Shown here piece by piece: positions 29,221-47,689 of a stretch of 47,689 bases of DNA. Position 1 is the first letter of the stretch. Every line of letters starts with the position of its first letter. The DNA comes from Chrysochromulina tobinii. Its lineage: Eukaryota. The position numbers were made by a program, and so were the translations under genes. Below the pieces are notes generated by a model that was not told where the DNA came from, searched no databases, and was given only the letters and a program-made list of their open reading frames with translations. The stretch is from the NCBI GenBank assembly GCA_001275005.1, contig JWZX01002429.1, positions 1 to 47,689 on the forward strand, in the 5' to 3' direction.

Positions 29221-32100
29221 TCATCGCATGGGCACGCCTACCGCCACCGGCGGCTCGCCGCAGTGACGAGAGCTCGGGTGAGCCGCCAACGACAGCAGCC
29301 ACGCGGGTGGACGGGCGACGGCCTCCTCTTCGTCATCAGTGCCACGCAGCGAGTAGATCTCGTCGAGATCTCCCGTCCACATCTCGCCGTCATCGTAGTG
29401 CACCGTGGCGCGGTGGCCCTGCAGCCTCAAAATCGTCCCCGCGTACCAGCCATCATCGCCACCCTCATCGCGCGTCCATTGGGTCTGCACCGCCTCGCCT
29501 GATGGGGGAAGTCATCAGTGCTCATCAGTCGCAATCAGTGGCCATTGGGTCTGCACCCTACATCCCTCATAGGCGAGCTCGCCGTCGGCCAACACGGGCG
29601 GCGTGCCTCGCGCCGCACCGCCGCCGCCGCTGCTGCTGCTGTCGCCGCCGATGCTGCTGCTGCTGCTGCTGCTGCTGCCGCTGATGCGCGGGTAATGCCG
29701 AGTGCCACAGCGTGCGTCTTCCTCGTCGCTCGAGGTTGCGCCTCGGCTGAGGAGACGAGCAGCTGCTGCATGGTGGGCGACAGTGGCGGCGGCGCTGGCG
29801 CTGACGCTGCTGCTTGAGGGGACGTCGTCGACGGCATTCTGGAAGCCAAGCACGCCCATGGCTACGAGTGCCGCCATCAGCCAGAACGCCACGGATTGGA
29901 ACACAAGCGCCATGACCGGTGAGCAAACGCCTGCCCAGCACGACGCGTCGGCTGTCGCCGGGGGCGCGGCTCGCAGCCCTACGAGAGGGACCGGCGGCCC
30001 CCCTGACGCGTCCGAGGCGCCTACGGGCGGGAAGACGGCGAGAGAGTGCACGCGCAGCTGCAGCGGCCAGCGAGCGTCCGAGTGCAGCTTGTGTGCACAG
30101 GGCTCCAGCAGTGCACACCGCTGTGAGTCCAAAGGCGGTGTGAAGAAGAGCGGCTCGAGTAACACAAAGCGATCGTAGTCGCTCGCCAGGCCGCGCGTCA
30201 GAAGGTGGCCACGCTGGTGCGTGTGCACGAGCCCACCATGCACGAGGGCATGGGCGCCGTACATGTATGCCCCCGCCCCGAGGCTGGGCGGACTGCCGCC
30301 GCTGGCGCCACCGCTGGCGCCGCTCCCATCATGCGCGCCGCCTCCGCCGCCGCCTCCGCCGCCGCTCCCTGCGCCGCGGCTGCCGCCAGTGAGCGCCTGA
30401 TGGTGGGGGGCCGCGTGGGAGTGCCGATGCGGCATGCGCAGCACGTGGGCAACGGCAAATCCCAAGGCCACGTCGCGTACGACGGAGTGCTGGTAGGACG
30501 GTGCGATCAGGTAAGGATGCAAGCGATGAGGATGCAAGCCACCACCGACGAACCTATAAGGATGGGCAGCGGCCGCGGCACCAAAAGAACTGGCGGCAGG
30601 GAGAGTGCGCACGGTGGGGAACGTCTGATGGTAGGCATGTGACGCGAAGGCACTCGGAAATGACGAAGCCGTGTGCGGCAGCCGCCCCTGTGCCAGCGCG
30701 GGTACTCCATGGACGACTGGTATGCCATGTGTCACCGTACCGCCTACTGTCGAACTGGCGCGGAAGGGTGACGTGAAAGAGCCAGCGCCCACGCGCGCGC
30801 CGACGCTGCCCCCAAAGTGGCCTATGTGGCCAATGCTGCCACCCTTGAGCCGGCGCCCAACACGACGCCGGTCCACGTGAAGACCTCTGGGTGCCTCGGA
30901 TGGACTCTGATGACCTCTGATGACTTCTGATGACCTCTGATGGCCTCTGTGTGCCTCGGATGGACTCTGATGACCTCTGATGACTTCTGATGACCTCTGA
31001 TGGCCTCTGGGTGCCTCGGATGGACTCGGGTTGGAGACGGACAGCCGGCGAGAGCTTGCGTCGAAGACCTGCACCGGTGCCGCCGCCGAGTGGGCGCTCG
31101 AGGACGTGCCCTGCGCGGGAAGAGCGGAAGCATCGGCCGTGGAAGCATCGGCCGCCATCTTCTGAGCAATCCATTTCGCCAAGGTGCCGCTGCCCATCCC
31201 ATAGCCGCCTGGCAAACGTCTGTAGTCTCGCGTCTGAATCTTCGGCGGGGCGCCCCAGTGCGCGGGGAAACGACCGCCGGGCGTGGCGGCGATCCGCACG
31301 GGCGTGGCGGTGGTCGGCGTGGGCGCGGCGACGACCGTGGCAGAGGTCGTGGCAGAGGTTGCGGCAGGGGTCGTGGCGGCTGCGGCGGTCGTGGCGGCTG
31401 TGGAAGGTGAGAAAGGAGTCCCTAACAAGGAAGAGGAGGTCGCGGCGGCTGTGGAAGGTGCCGCCTCGTTCTCAGCCAGAGCCCACGGCGGCGCGTCGTC
31501 GGGACCCACCTCGAGGCTCGTCAAGGGCAGCAGCACGGCGCCGCTTGCGTCGCTCACTGAGATGTTCGCCCTTGCATAGGAGCCGGACGCAAGCAGCAGC
31601 ACGAGCCGGTAGGCCGTCTCGGGCGCCACATGCACGGGCGTGCGCAGCTCGATCGAGGTGGGCGCTGCGAGCGCGGCCGAGGATGCTACGCCGGCGGCCT
31701 TGATAGGACATGCGGTGCCCAGCTCGCCGCCGTCGCTGCGAAGGGTGAAGGCACTCCGCTTGAACTGGGTGCCACCATCGCACATCTCGAGCTCATGGTA
31801 GGGCGCATCTGCGAGCGACAACGGTGGCGTGGATGCGGGCGCGATGGCCGCCGCAAGCAGAAAACAGGCGCAGGCGAACCCTCCGAAGGAGCGGCAAATG
31901 GTTGGCCGGAACGAGGTTGTGAGCTGCGCTGCTAGCCAGCCCAACAACATGGCGATGGTGAGATAATCCGAATGGATGGGCGACAGCATGCGAATGGGTA
32001 GAAATACGAGCACGAGCAGCAAGAGGACGCCACCCGGGTGCTCAGGACATTCGTCCGCGGCGAGCGTGAAGCGACGAAGGAGCGTCTGGCTACGCCGCAT
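29221..32100 (-). CDS. Multi-pass membrane protein with low-complexity ectodomain and C-terminal Tudor-like domain (at least one intron near 29500-29560)
   Basis: N-terminal hydrophobic segments and a late TM (VMALVFQSVAFWLMAALVAMGVLGF). Last exon VQTQWTRDEGGDDGWYAGTILRLQGHRATVHYDDGE is Tudor-like. Acceptor CCCCATCAG at about 29499. Confidence 0.6.
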
Positions 32101-32225
32101 GCCGAGAGTGGGCTTCCGCTTAGAGCAACGAATTCACATGAACACACACACACACTCAACGACGCGTTGACAAGTAAGCACGCACACTGTATTGACAGGC
32201 GTTCCTGCAGCTGTGAATTGCACAA

Positions 32226-33932
32226 ATGCCATTGACCCCATTCGTTCGCGTCCAGGGCGCTCGCGCCCGTGCTCTCGGCGAGCCTCTGCCAGGCCCGAGC
32301 GATGCTGTGTGCCTTCACTATCAGCGTGGCGTGTGCCGCTTTGGTGAGGCGTGTGCCTTCCGCCACGTGAGTCTCTTCGATGGCAGAGTTGTCGAGGAGG
32401 CGGATGGCCAGATTGAAACGAGTGAGGATTCGGCGCTCGTTGCTTGCCAGCGCGCCTTTCGAGCCGCAGAGGCGCGCCTCGCGAATATTCGCGCGGCTGG
32501 AGGGCCGCGCGAGGAGATCGCTGACGCGGCGGCCACGCTGCGCGAGATCCAAGTCCGAGTTCGTGCGATGCTCAAGGGAGCGGCTTCGAATCGTTTGGCC
32601 ATTCCGCGCCGGCAGCGTCGCCCCAAGAATGAGAACCGAGCAGGCATTTTCCGCCGCTTCCTACTGGATACATACGGCCATGCTGCACTCGCATCGGGGA
32701 GCGGCGTGCTGGACGTGGCTGGTGGAGCAGGCCTGCTCAGCTTCGAGCTGCTCAACTACAGTCGTGTGCCGGTGACTGTCGTAGATCCCCGCGAGACGCT
32801 ACGCCTCACGCAGCACGAGTGGCGTGTGGCCGTGGCCGCGCGCCGCAGAGCCAGTACTGCCGTGTGCAAGCCCGACGCCGAAGCCGCCACTGGCGACGAG
32901 GTCGGTGATGACGGTGATGACGGTGATGACGGTGATGATGACGGTGATGACGGTGATGGCACGGCCGGTGGCGACGCTGAGGCCGGTGGCGACGCTGAGG
33001 CCGGTGGCGACGCTGAGGCCGGTGCCGAGGCTCCCACTGAGGCCGAGGCCGAGGCCGACACCGAGACGGACGCCGAAGCTGCCACCGACGCGGTCGCCGA
33101 GGCTGCCACCGAGGCCGAGGCTACCATCGAGGCCGAGGCCGCATCTGGTCATGTCGTCGTTCCGATAACAGCGTTGCCATTCGAGCGCTCTACTGGCACA
33201 CCGCGCCGGCCTCGGCACTGGCGCCTCTACTGGCGGGACGCGCTCTGGAAGCCGGTGCTCGAGCTGGAGGACGGATCTCCCGCCTCCAGCTCCGGATCTC
33301 CCTGCTCGAGATCGCGCCTTGCCACGTGCCCGAGCGCCGTACCGAGCGCCGCCGCACTCGCCGCTGTAACGGCTGCACTGGTCGAGGCGCCGCCGCTAGC
33401 GCCGAGCTCGCGTCGTCGTCGCAAGACGTCTTCGACACAGGATGCGGCCGCGGTGACCGCCCCTCCCGCCAACGTCGCCGCGGTGGGTACGGCCGCCAGT
33501 GCCACCAACGGCGGCGACGAGGCGCACGGCCAGTTGGGCGAGGCGCCGCCGGCGCCAATGGCGCCAACGGCGATGGAGGTGTGCACTATTCTTCAGGGGT
33601 GCTCAGCCGTCGTAGGCATGCATCCCGACGCTGCCACCGAGTCGATCGTGGACTTTGCCCTGGCGGCGGGCAAGCCGTTCGCGGTGGTGCCGTGCTGTGT
33701 CTTCGCCGTCGACTTTGCACACCGGCGCGGGCCCGAGGGGCAGCCCGTGAACAATCACAGCGCCTTCGTGCGCTACCTGCAGGCCAAGGCGCCCGACCGA
33801 ATCGGGGTGGCCACGCTCCCATTTGAAGGGAAGAACGTAGTCTTGTACTCGTTGCCCAAGCGTGTGCAGGGTACCCGCACGATGGCCGGCGGCGATGCGT
33901 GCGAGCTGTGCGCGGGTCCGAGCGAGGTTTGA
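32226..33932 (+). CDS. CCCH zinc finger + class I SAM-dependent methyltransferase-like protein (probable RNA methyltransferase)
   Basis: CLHYQRGVCRFGEACAFRH (C-x8-C-x5-C-x3-H-like). VLDVAGGAGLLSFEL, TVVDPR, VVGMHPDAATESIVDFA, FAVVPCCVF, GKNVVLY. Long acidic insertion. Confidence 0.8.
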   Translation: MPLTPFVRVQGARARALGEPLPGPSDAVCLHYQRGVCRFGEACAFRHVSLFDGRVVEEADGQIETSEDSALVACQRAFRAAEARLANIRAAGGPREEIADAAATLREIQVRVRAMLKGAASNRLAIPRRQRRPKNENRAGIFRRFLLDTYGHAALASGSGVLDVAGGAGLLSFELLNYSRVPVTVVDPRETLRLTQHEWRVAVAARRRASTAVCKPDAEAATGDEVGDDGDDGDDGDDDGDDGDGTAGGDAEAGGDAEAGGDAEAGAEAPTEAEAEADTETDAEAATDAVAEAATEAEATIEAEAASGHVVVPITALPFERSTGTPRRPRHWRLYWRDALWKPVLELEDGSPASSSGSPCSRSRLATCPSAVPSAAALAAVTAALVEAPPLAPSSRRRRKTSSTQDAAAVTAPPANVAAVGTAASATNGGDEAHGQLGEAPPAPMAPTAMEVCTILQGCSAVVGMHPDAATESIVDFALAAGKPFAVVPCCVFAVDFAHRRGPEGQPVNNHSAFVRYLQAKAPDRIGVATLPFEGKNVVLYSLPKRVQGTRTMAGGDACELCAGPSEV

Positions 33933-34255
33933 GATCAAGTGACGTCGTTCCGGTCTGACCCACCGAAAGAGGTACAATCGCTAGGGGTCCCCGCCCGTCC
34001 GGCATCCGAGACGCGGGGCGAGTGGGTTACGGACCGGTGGTTCCGATTCTGTAATCTGTTTGTCTTCCGCTCAACTAACGGTAACGCTCAACGTTTACAA
34101 TAAATCTACCTACGCGTTCGTGATTTTTCGAGCCGACCCAGTCGCCAGGTTCCTACCCTGGATACATCTGCTTTACCTGGCGCTGCGGCCGTGCGGGTGG
34201 GTCCGACGGCACACGTGTGGCACGCACTGAGGGCAACGCCGCGCCCGGAAGGCGC

Positions 34256-36942
34256 TCAAGCCCCGACCTGGCAAAGGCAGAGTGTCGTGATCACTAGCCC
34301 CAGTGCGGAGGTCAGACGCCAGGCGACGCTCCCGGTCCGCGGCGGGGCCTCCGAGGCGAAGAGACCGCTCGCCTCGCACACGGCGGCCGCGGCGTCGTCG
34401 AGGGCCTTGACGGCGGCTCGATAGCCGGGCATGGCACTCGTGGGGCATTGCATGCAGGCGGAGGCTCCGAAGGCGCTGTTGTACGTGCCACGTGTACAGG
34501 GAGCGCACGTGTCCACGCTGGTCGCGCCGCGCCGGGCACTCGCGGTGCCGTTCGGGCACGGGATGAAGGAGCTCCTGCCGCGCGTGTTGCCATAGGTGCC
34601 CGGGGGGCATGCGGTGCAATTGGGGTGCCCGCCGCCCGAAAAGCGGTTGAAGGAGCCCACGGGGCACTCGGTGCATGCGGTGCGTCCGAAGCCGTTACTA
34701 AACGTGCCCGGCGCACAGATGTCGCAGAATGGCTGGCCCGTGCGTGGCTGCGCCTGCGTAGGCGTGCAGTTATGGCAGCGCGCCATGCCCGGGTTGCCAT
34801 TCGACATGCCCGCGGGACACGGCACGCACGCTGCCGCGTACGAGCGACCACCCGAGTGTGGCGCGACTGTGCCTGCAGGGCACGCGATGCAGTCCTCGGG
34901 GCCGTCGTTGCCATGGTCGGGGCTGTACGTGCCAGCCGGGCATTCGACGGGGAGTGGGATGGCGCCAGTCATCGCGACCTGGCGCAGAAGCCGTGTGATG
35001 GGATCGAGAGACCAGCCATCGGCACAGAAGGCGCCAGGTGGGCAGGGCCGGCAGGCCGTTGCGCCGTGCACTGGGCTGTACGACCCCGGGGCGCACGAGG
35101 CACATGCCACCGCCGCTGTGCTCGCACGCGGCGTAGCGCCACTCTTTCCGATCGGACACTGGCGGCAGATGCCGTCCCCGGTCCCATACGTGCCGAGAGT
35201 ACAGGGCGAGCACTCGTCGATACCCGTCGCACGGCCGCAACCGGGCGTGCAGTTGCCATATAGGAGTGGACCGGGGGCCATCGGCGGCGGCGGCGCGGAG
35301 TACCGGCTCGGTACGCTGCCGTTGCCGGTGCCGCTGCTGGTGCCCGAGGGCACGTAGCCCAAGGGCGGGAGGCGGGTGGCCGTGACGAGGGCCAGGTGGG
35401 TCGGGTCGCCCCACGAGACCGCCTGTGTCCCGATTTGGACATAGCCGCCCACGAAGAGCATCGTCTCGTTGTCGACGCTCATCAGGCTGTAATCGCGAAC
35501 GGGTAGGATGGGCGCGAACGCCGCGGTGTAGTTGGCGTTGAAGACGCCTGGCGGCGTGCGCGGCGGCACTGGTGGTGCCGAGGGCGGCCGGACGCCGGGC
35601 GGTAAGCAAATGAGAGCGCAGCCCATGCGGACCGACGTAACCGTCGCACAGCAGCACTCGGCAAGGCCGGGCGCACGGCCGGTAGTAGTGGTGGTATCCG
35701 CTCGCCAGCTGCATCCGAGCCGCGAGATACGGCCGAGATTGCGCCGCGTGCATGCGAGTGCGCCGGCGCCGGCGTTGGCAGTTGGGTCACAGTCCCCGCG
35801 CGCCGTGTCGAACGTGTCGAACTCGACCACCGCCACGGCGCCATCTGAGGGTGCGCACCGCGAGGCCATGCGGCTCGTCAGTGGCCATCCGAGGGCCATC
35901 AGAGGCCATCAGAGGCCCATTAGAGGGCCATCAGAGGGCCATCAGAGGGCCATCAGAGGGCCATCAGAGGGCCATCCGAGGGCCATCAGTGGGCCATCAG
36001 TGGGCCACGCGTACCGGAGGGATCCACCGCGAGGCCGCGTGGCTCGAAGAAGCGCTGTGACGAAACATGCTTCTGGTAACGGCCGTCGTACGACGAGTAG
36101 AGGATCGAGGCGCCCTGCACGGCGTGGGTCACGTAGAGGGCCTTGCGGCTCGTGTCGACGGCGACTCCGGACACGTGCAGGAGCAGCATGAGCTGCAGCG
36201 GCGAGCTCCCGTCGAGATTCGATCTCATGAGCGCGCCGCCCGACCGCATCGCATCTGTCCAGAACAGGTAGCCGGCGATCGGGTCGAGCGCCAGGTAGCG
36301 CGGTGTGAAGAGGCCGGTGGTGGCGGGCGTGACCACGTCCGTCGGCCGCGAGCTCCCGTCGGCCGCGGCCGCCAGGTCGAACCGCGTGATGCGCGGCTCG
36401 CCGCCGCACGAGAGCGAGGCGGTGCTCGAGTTGCCGCCGCCGTACTGGATCACGTACGCGTGGCCGCGCGTGTAATCGAGCGCAAAGTCCTGCGGGCAAT
36501 TGATGCGCCCGATGATCACCGTCGGCTCCGCGACGCACCTTGACGTCTGATAGTCCACCGGGCAGCGCTTGAGCGTGCCCTGCGGAGGTTGGAGAGAGTT
36601 GTCGAGCTCCTCGACCCACAGCAGCTCGCCGCCCGCGACCATCAGGCCTAACGGCGTGCCGAGTCGGCCCCGGAACTTACGCGCCGTGTGCGTCGTGCGG
36701 CCGTAGCGTGTAAACCCTGCGGCCGCGCCGCTGCTGGCATTCGAGACCTGCTGCACAGCGAGGCCCGACCAGATTGCCGAGTCCTCGACGACGCCACGGT
36801 CCGACGGGCAGTTCTGGTCAGCGTAGAGCACCCACGGCGGCTCGGTTGCCTCCCAGCGATGGCGGTAGCCTTCCGTGAGTGAGCACGACGGCGGCAAGGC
36901 GGCCACGAGTGCGGCCGCCAGGCCAGGGACGAAAGCAGCCAT
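34256..36942 (-). CDS. Secreted/surface protein: YWTD-like beta-propeller + Cys-rich ephrin-receptor-like (GCC2_GCC3) repeats; intron 36014-35845
   Basis: Signal peptide MAAFVPGLAAALVAAL. LALDPIAGYLFWTD..RSNLDGS, GVAVD, PRGLAVD. Many CxxCPxGxY repeats. Hydrophobic C-terminus. The splice restores PS-D-GAVAV. Confidence 0.8.
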
Positions 36943-37152
36943 CTTGCTGCTCACGACGGCGTCTTCCACGAATCTGCGAGGCACGAAATCCAAAAGGCAG
37001 AATCCCGGAAATGGGATTGCCGCTGCGATTGTGCTCGCTTTTGGAGTCAAGCTGCGGCCGATGATTCGGAATGTTCACAACATTCCGTTCACAGCACTTG
37101 GACTGACGACGTGGGCGCGGGTCGCTCGCCGACGACTCAGAAAGGAGGCCGA

Positions 37153-38037
37153 ATGCGCACCTCGCTCATCGCGTGCAAGGTCACGCCGGGCGACAAAGGG
37201 TGCAAAATCGCGATGCCCGGCTGCTCCGCACTCGAGATCAAGCACTGCGCGCTCGCGCCGGGCGCTCCGCCTGACGCAAGGTGTACGCTCGCATTGGACC
37301 TTGCGACGCACAACTTCGTGCTGTGCTCCTTGCCACCGGGCGGCCGCATGCAGGCGACGCTCAGCACGGTGGTGACCAACGACCCCGACCAGATGGCATG
37401 GCTCTTCCTCAAGGCGACTGGGCCTCGCGCCTTCCACGTGCTCGGCCGACTCATCGTGGACAGCAAGGAGCGCACCGGCGTCGCTGCTGCCAACAAGGCC
37501 GCCTGGGCGGCGGTGCGCGAGCAGCGTCGGCGCAGCGGCGCGCCCGTGAGCATCGGCGTGGGCACTGGCGACGGCGAGTCGGACGAGGACGGGTGGCCGA
37601 CCGCCGCCGACATCGCGCCATCGCGGACCGCGGGTGGCAAGAAACCAACAGCGCGCGAGGCCGAGGACGCCCAGGACGACGCGGAGGAGAACATCGAGGT
37701 GCTGCTGCCCGAGGGCGACGACCGCATCGAGTTCGAGAGCGGCGCCGAGGACGACCCGAGCGAGGCGGACTCGGAGGAGTTCGTCCAATGGATGGTCGAG
37801 CGAGCATCGACCGGTGCAGCGAGCGGTGCGGCGAAGCGGCCGCGGCCGTCCAAAGCGGCGGCGCTGGCACCGAGCAACAGCAGAAAGAGCAGCGGCAGCG
37901 GCGGCGACGGCGGCGGCGGCGGCGGCGCCAGCCAGGGTGGCAGCCAGGGTGGCAGCCAGGGTGGCAGCCAGGGTGGCACGCGCGCGCAACGCCGACAAGC
38001 AGCGTCGAAGCGATCACGAGGTATGGCGATGGCATGA
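37153..38037 (+). CDS. Nucleoplasmin-like (NPL) domain protein with acidic tract and basic tail (histone-chaperone-like)
   Basis: LEIKHCAL..FVLCSL..FLKATGPRAFHVLG pattern of NPL domains, then a D/E-rich tract and a KRPR NLS-like motif. Confidence 0.65.
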   Translation: MRTSLIACKVTPGDKGCKIAMPGCSALEIKHCALAPGAPPDARCTLALDLATHNFVLCSLPPGGRMQATLSTVVTNDPDQMAWLFLKATGPRAFHVLGRLIVDSKERTGVAAANKAAWAAVREQRRRSGAPVSIGVGTGDGESDEDGWPTAADIAPSRTAGGKKPTAREAEDAQDDAEENIEVLLPEGDDRIEFESGAEDDPSEADSEEFVQWMVERASTGAASGAAKRPRPSKAAALAPSNSRKSSGSGGDGGGGGGASQGGSQGGSQGGSQGGTRAQRRQAASKRSRGMAMA

Positions 38038-38283
38038 GATCAGAACGCATGCAAGAGTTGAGAATCCTCCGGTCGGCCGAGTTGTAAGGACGTTCCGGTT
38101 CAGTACTTCGGAGAGAAGTTTGTCTCGAGGCACGTGACTCGGATAAGTTTCGGGGTGTTTTCGGAAGTCCTCGGCCGACGCCCCGGGCGCCGCTGCGCCG
38201 CTGCGCCGCTTTGCCGCTGTGCCACTGCGCCGCTGTGCCGCTGTGCCGCTTCTGCGCCGCTTCTGCGCCGCTGCGCCGTTGCC

Positions 38284-45050
<6,767 letters not shown>

Positions 45051-46316
45051 ACAGGGCCTGTGGTTCCCACCAATCCTCATGGCGCCTGCGCTTGGCGCGT
45101 TGCCGCACGCGGCTGCGGCGGACGTTTCAGTTTCGGCGCGCATGCTTCGCAGAGGGCGTTCGCCGTCTGAGAACGACAGCCCGCTAAACCTCTGCTGGCG
45201 CAGCTCGCTGAAATCGAATGGCACGGAGTCGCTCAGGAGTTTATCGTCTGCACAGCCAGGGCCTTGTACGTGGTGCGCTGGCTGTGTGTACGGCCGAAGT
45301 TGGAGACCTAGAACGGCTCCATCTCGCCGGACTCGTGGATCTCGACGACCTCTCTGTACCCAAACAAGAAGTCAAGTCATTCTATACATGTATGAACAAC
45401 AAACAACAACATTCGGAAGCTCTACATGTAACGAATGTGCTCCGGAAGCCAGCCGTTGTGGAAGGGAATGGGCTAGGATTGGGCGGAGATGGACGGCATG
45501 GGGGGCAGGGTGTGTCTCCGCTTCGTTTTGGGGAGTGTTTCCAGTTTCCTATCCGATACGTATCCTGGCGTATTAACTATTATGATGTACCTGAAATGTA
45601 TCCTAATTTCTCTTCTATCTCCAAAGAAGACCAAGACGCATGTATCTTGTCCGGGCTGCTCTGGATACACACGGGGATACACCCGAGATACACTGCTGCT
45701 TCATGTGGTACGTACGGCCTACTTCTGGGAGTGGGACGGGCTTGGTCGCTTGGCGAAATTTCGAATTTCTCGGATCCAGGACAGTGGTCAGTGCACAGTC
45801 CGCAATATTCAAATCGGCATTTAGACACCGTAAGACACCGGTGTAAACAAACGAACCTCAAGAATCGAAGTTCGAACTGACTCCGCTCACCGACAGACGC
45901 GCATGACCACGCCAACCCCGGAGCCCACACGGCGACCGGCTCAGAAGAGGCTGCTCACCGCGATCAACCCGACCCTGCTCAAACGGGGGTAGGTGAGATG
46001 TACCTTCAGTACAGTACCCATCCACATCATTCAGTCAATCAGTTATGTTGCGGTCCCCCGCGCTTACCACACCGCTTCTCCCTAACATGATACAAGGGGT
46101 GGGGGAGTAAGTGCACGCGTTCACGCGCGCTTTGCCTTGGGCCGGTGTGTGGCCTTCGGTCGGCCGAAGATGAGGGTCTGGGGACACGCTGGTGCCGGTA
46201 GCCCCTCTTCCAAAGTCGCATCACCAACACAAGCACATCCGGTTGCGATGGGGTTAAGACACGCCCCCTGCCTCTTAGCCGTAGCCGAGTCGTTTGAACA
46301 TGCTGAGGAGAGGCTT

Positions 46317-47689
46317 TTACACATTTTGCACAACTTCTGGCTTCGGCGAAAACATCCCCATGAACGTGGAGACAAGCGGCGTGTTCTGGAGCTCGAATCC
46401 TTCTTGGACAGCGAGTACCGGTGGGAGCTTCGAGGCCTCCAGGGCTTTGGTTGCGCCTGTGGGGAATCCTCCTTCGATTGCGAGTAGGAGCTTCGGGGCC
46501 TCCGGGGCTTTGGTTGCGCCTGTGGGTTTGGGCTCGACCGGGGCCGCCATCTCATCGGTACTCTCAGCTTTGGCTTTCTGAGCAGCTGAGGCCCCCTTCT
46601 CGTCCGATTGAGCCTCCCGGCCATATGGTACTTGCAGGCCAACGTTCTTGCGGCGCTTCTCGTTGAGATGGCGACGATGACGCATGAAGACCATGGCGAG
46701 GACAAGAGCAAGGATGACGCCGACGATGACGCCGATAATGATCCAGATTGAGCTGCTCGTCTCGACTGCCAAGGCACCGGTCAACAGCGCCGATGGAGGC
46801 GGTGCGACGTTCGCAATTGCAGGTGGCGTCACGACCACGAGCACGGCGATCGATACGCCGGTGACGCTCGAGAACATGGCAGTGGCGCTGCTTGGGCTGC
46901 TCGTCGCGCTGGCCATCGCCGACTGCACCAAGGCCGCCGTTGCCGTGGGCGTCAGGATGCGCACGCCGACGATGACGCTGCCTGACAATATGGTTAGCTC
47001 CACCGCATATGGGTCGACGCCCGCCCGGGCCGCTATCGCGCTCTTGATCTGGGATTGCACGCTTAGGGTGAAAGAGGAGACGTCGCCGGCGAGCCGAAGG
47101 GTGAACCCGACGAAGCTCATTGGCGTCGCTGCCGTCGCCGTCGCCGTTGCCAGTGGCGGCGGTGGCGGTGGCGACGGCGACGGTGGTGGCGGCGACGGCG
47201 GAGGTGAAGGTGGCGGGCTTGGCAGAGGCGGCGAAGGTGGTGGGCTTGGTGGTGGCGGTGAGGGCGGTGGAGATGGGGGAGGCAGGGAATGGTGGCGGTG
47301 GCGGAGGCGGTGATGGCGGTGGGGACGGGGGTGGTGATGGGGGAGGCGATGGTGGAGGAGAAGGCGGCGGTGAGGGCGGTGGAGATGGCGGCGGTGAGGG
47401 TGGCGGTGAGGGAGGAGGAGAAGGTGGCGGTGATGGAGGTGGCGACGGCGGCGGCGACGGCGGCGGTGAGGGCGGCGGTGAGGGCGGCGGTGAGGGCGGT
47501 GGTGAGGGCGGAGGAGATGGTGGTGGCGGGCTCGGTGGCGGTGCCGGAGGAGAGCTCGGTGGCGGAGGCGAAGGTCGCGGCGGTTTAGGCGGCGACGGCG
47601 GTGGCCTGCATCTCACACCGCAGTCGCTGCAGTCGCTTGAGAAGCTACAATCGTCGTCGTAGTTTCCGGGGCCTCCATCATCGCAGAGA
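46317..47689 (-). CDS. 5'-truncated type I membrane protein: CDDGGP Cys-rich module + (SPPP)n extensin-like stalk + globular domain + TM helix; apparent 1-nt frameshift near 47285
   Basis: LCDDGGPGNYDDDCSFSSDCSDCGVRC at the window edge, PPSP repeats, FVGFTLRLAGDV..GSVIVGVRI, TM IWIIIGVIVGVILALVLAMVF. The Pro repeat switches frame at about 47280-47290. Confidence 0.65.

Noticed and set aside
38185..38280. CGCTG(C/T)GC repeats upstream of ABCC as an N-terminal coding extension
   Set aside because: They precede the first ATG (38284); more likely a 5' UTR or promoter microsatellite.

Overview
This is GC-rich eukaryotic nuclear DNA with spliceosomal GT-AG introns and no operons, rRNA, tRNA or CRISPR. 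Intron style and low-complexity proteins suggest a haptophyte alga (Chrysochromulina-like; inference). About 18 gene loci are present, many as tight head-to-head pairs. The main finding is an intron-containing gene (20813-23899, minus) that fuses the last two bacterial queuosine-biosynthesis enzymes, QueA and QueH, behind an organelle-targeting-like leader. Eukaryotes are generally held to only salvage queuine. Other highlights: (1) a RanBP2-ZnF/ART/kinase/PARP locus joining both ADP-ribosyltransferase clades, with a frameshifted 3' half; (2) a bacterial-type SMR transporter with a signal peptide; (3) three tandem, mosaic U-box/Sel1 genes; (4) several apparent pseudoenzymes; (5) a recurring intron architecture of exon-flank direct repeats, YTRAT-based satellites and shared 3' ends that suggests ongoing intron gain. 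Exon boundaries were read by eye and need RNA-seq confirmation. No database searches were run.
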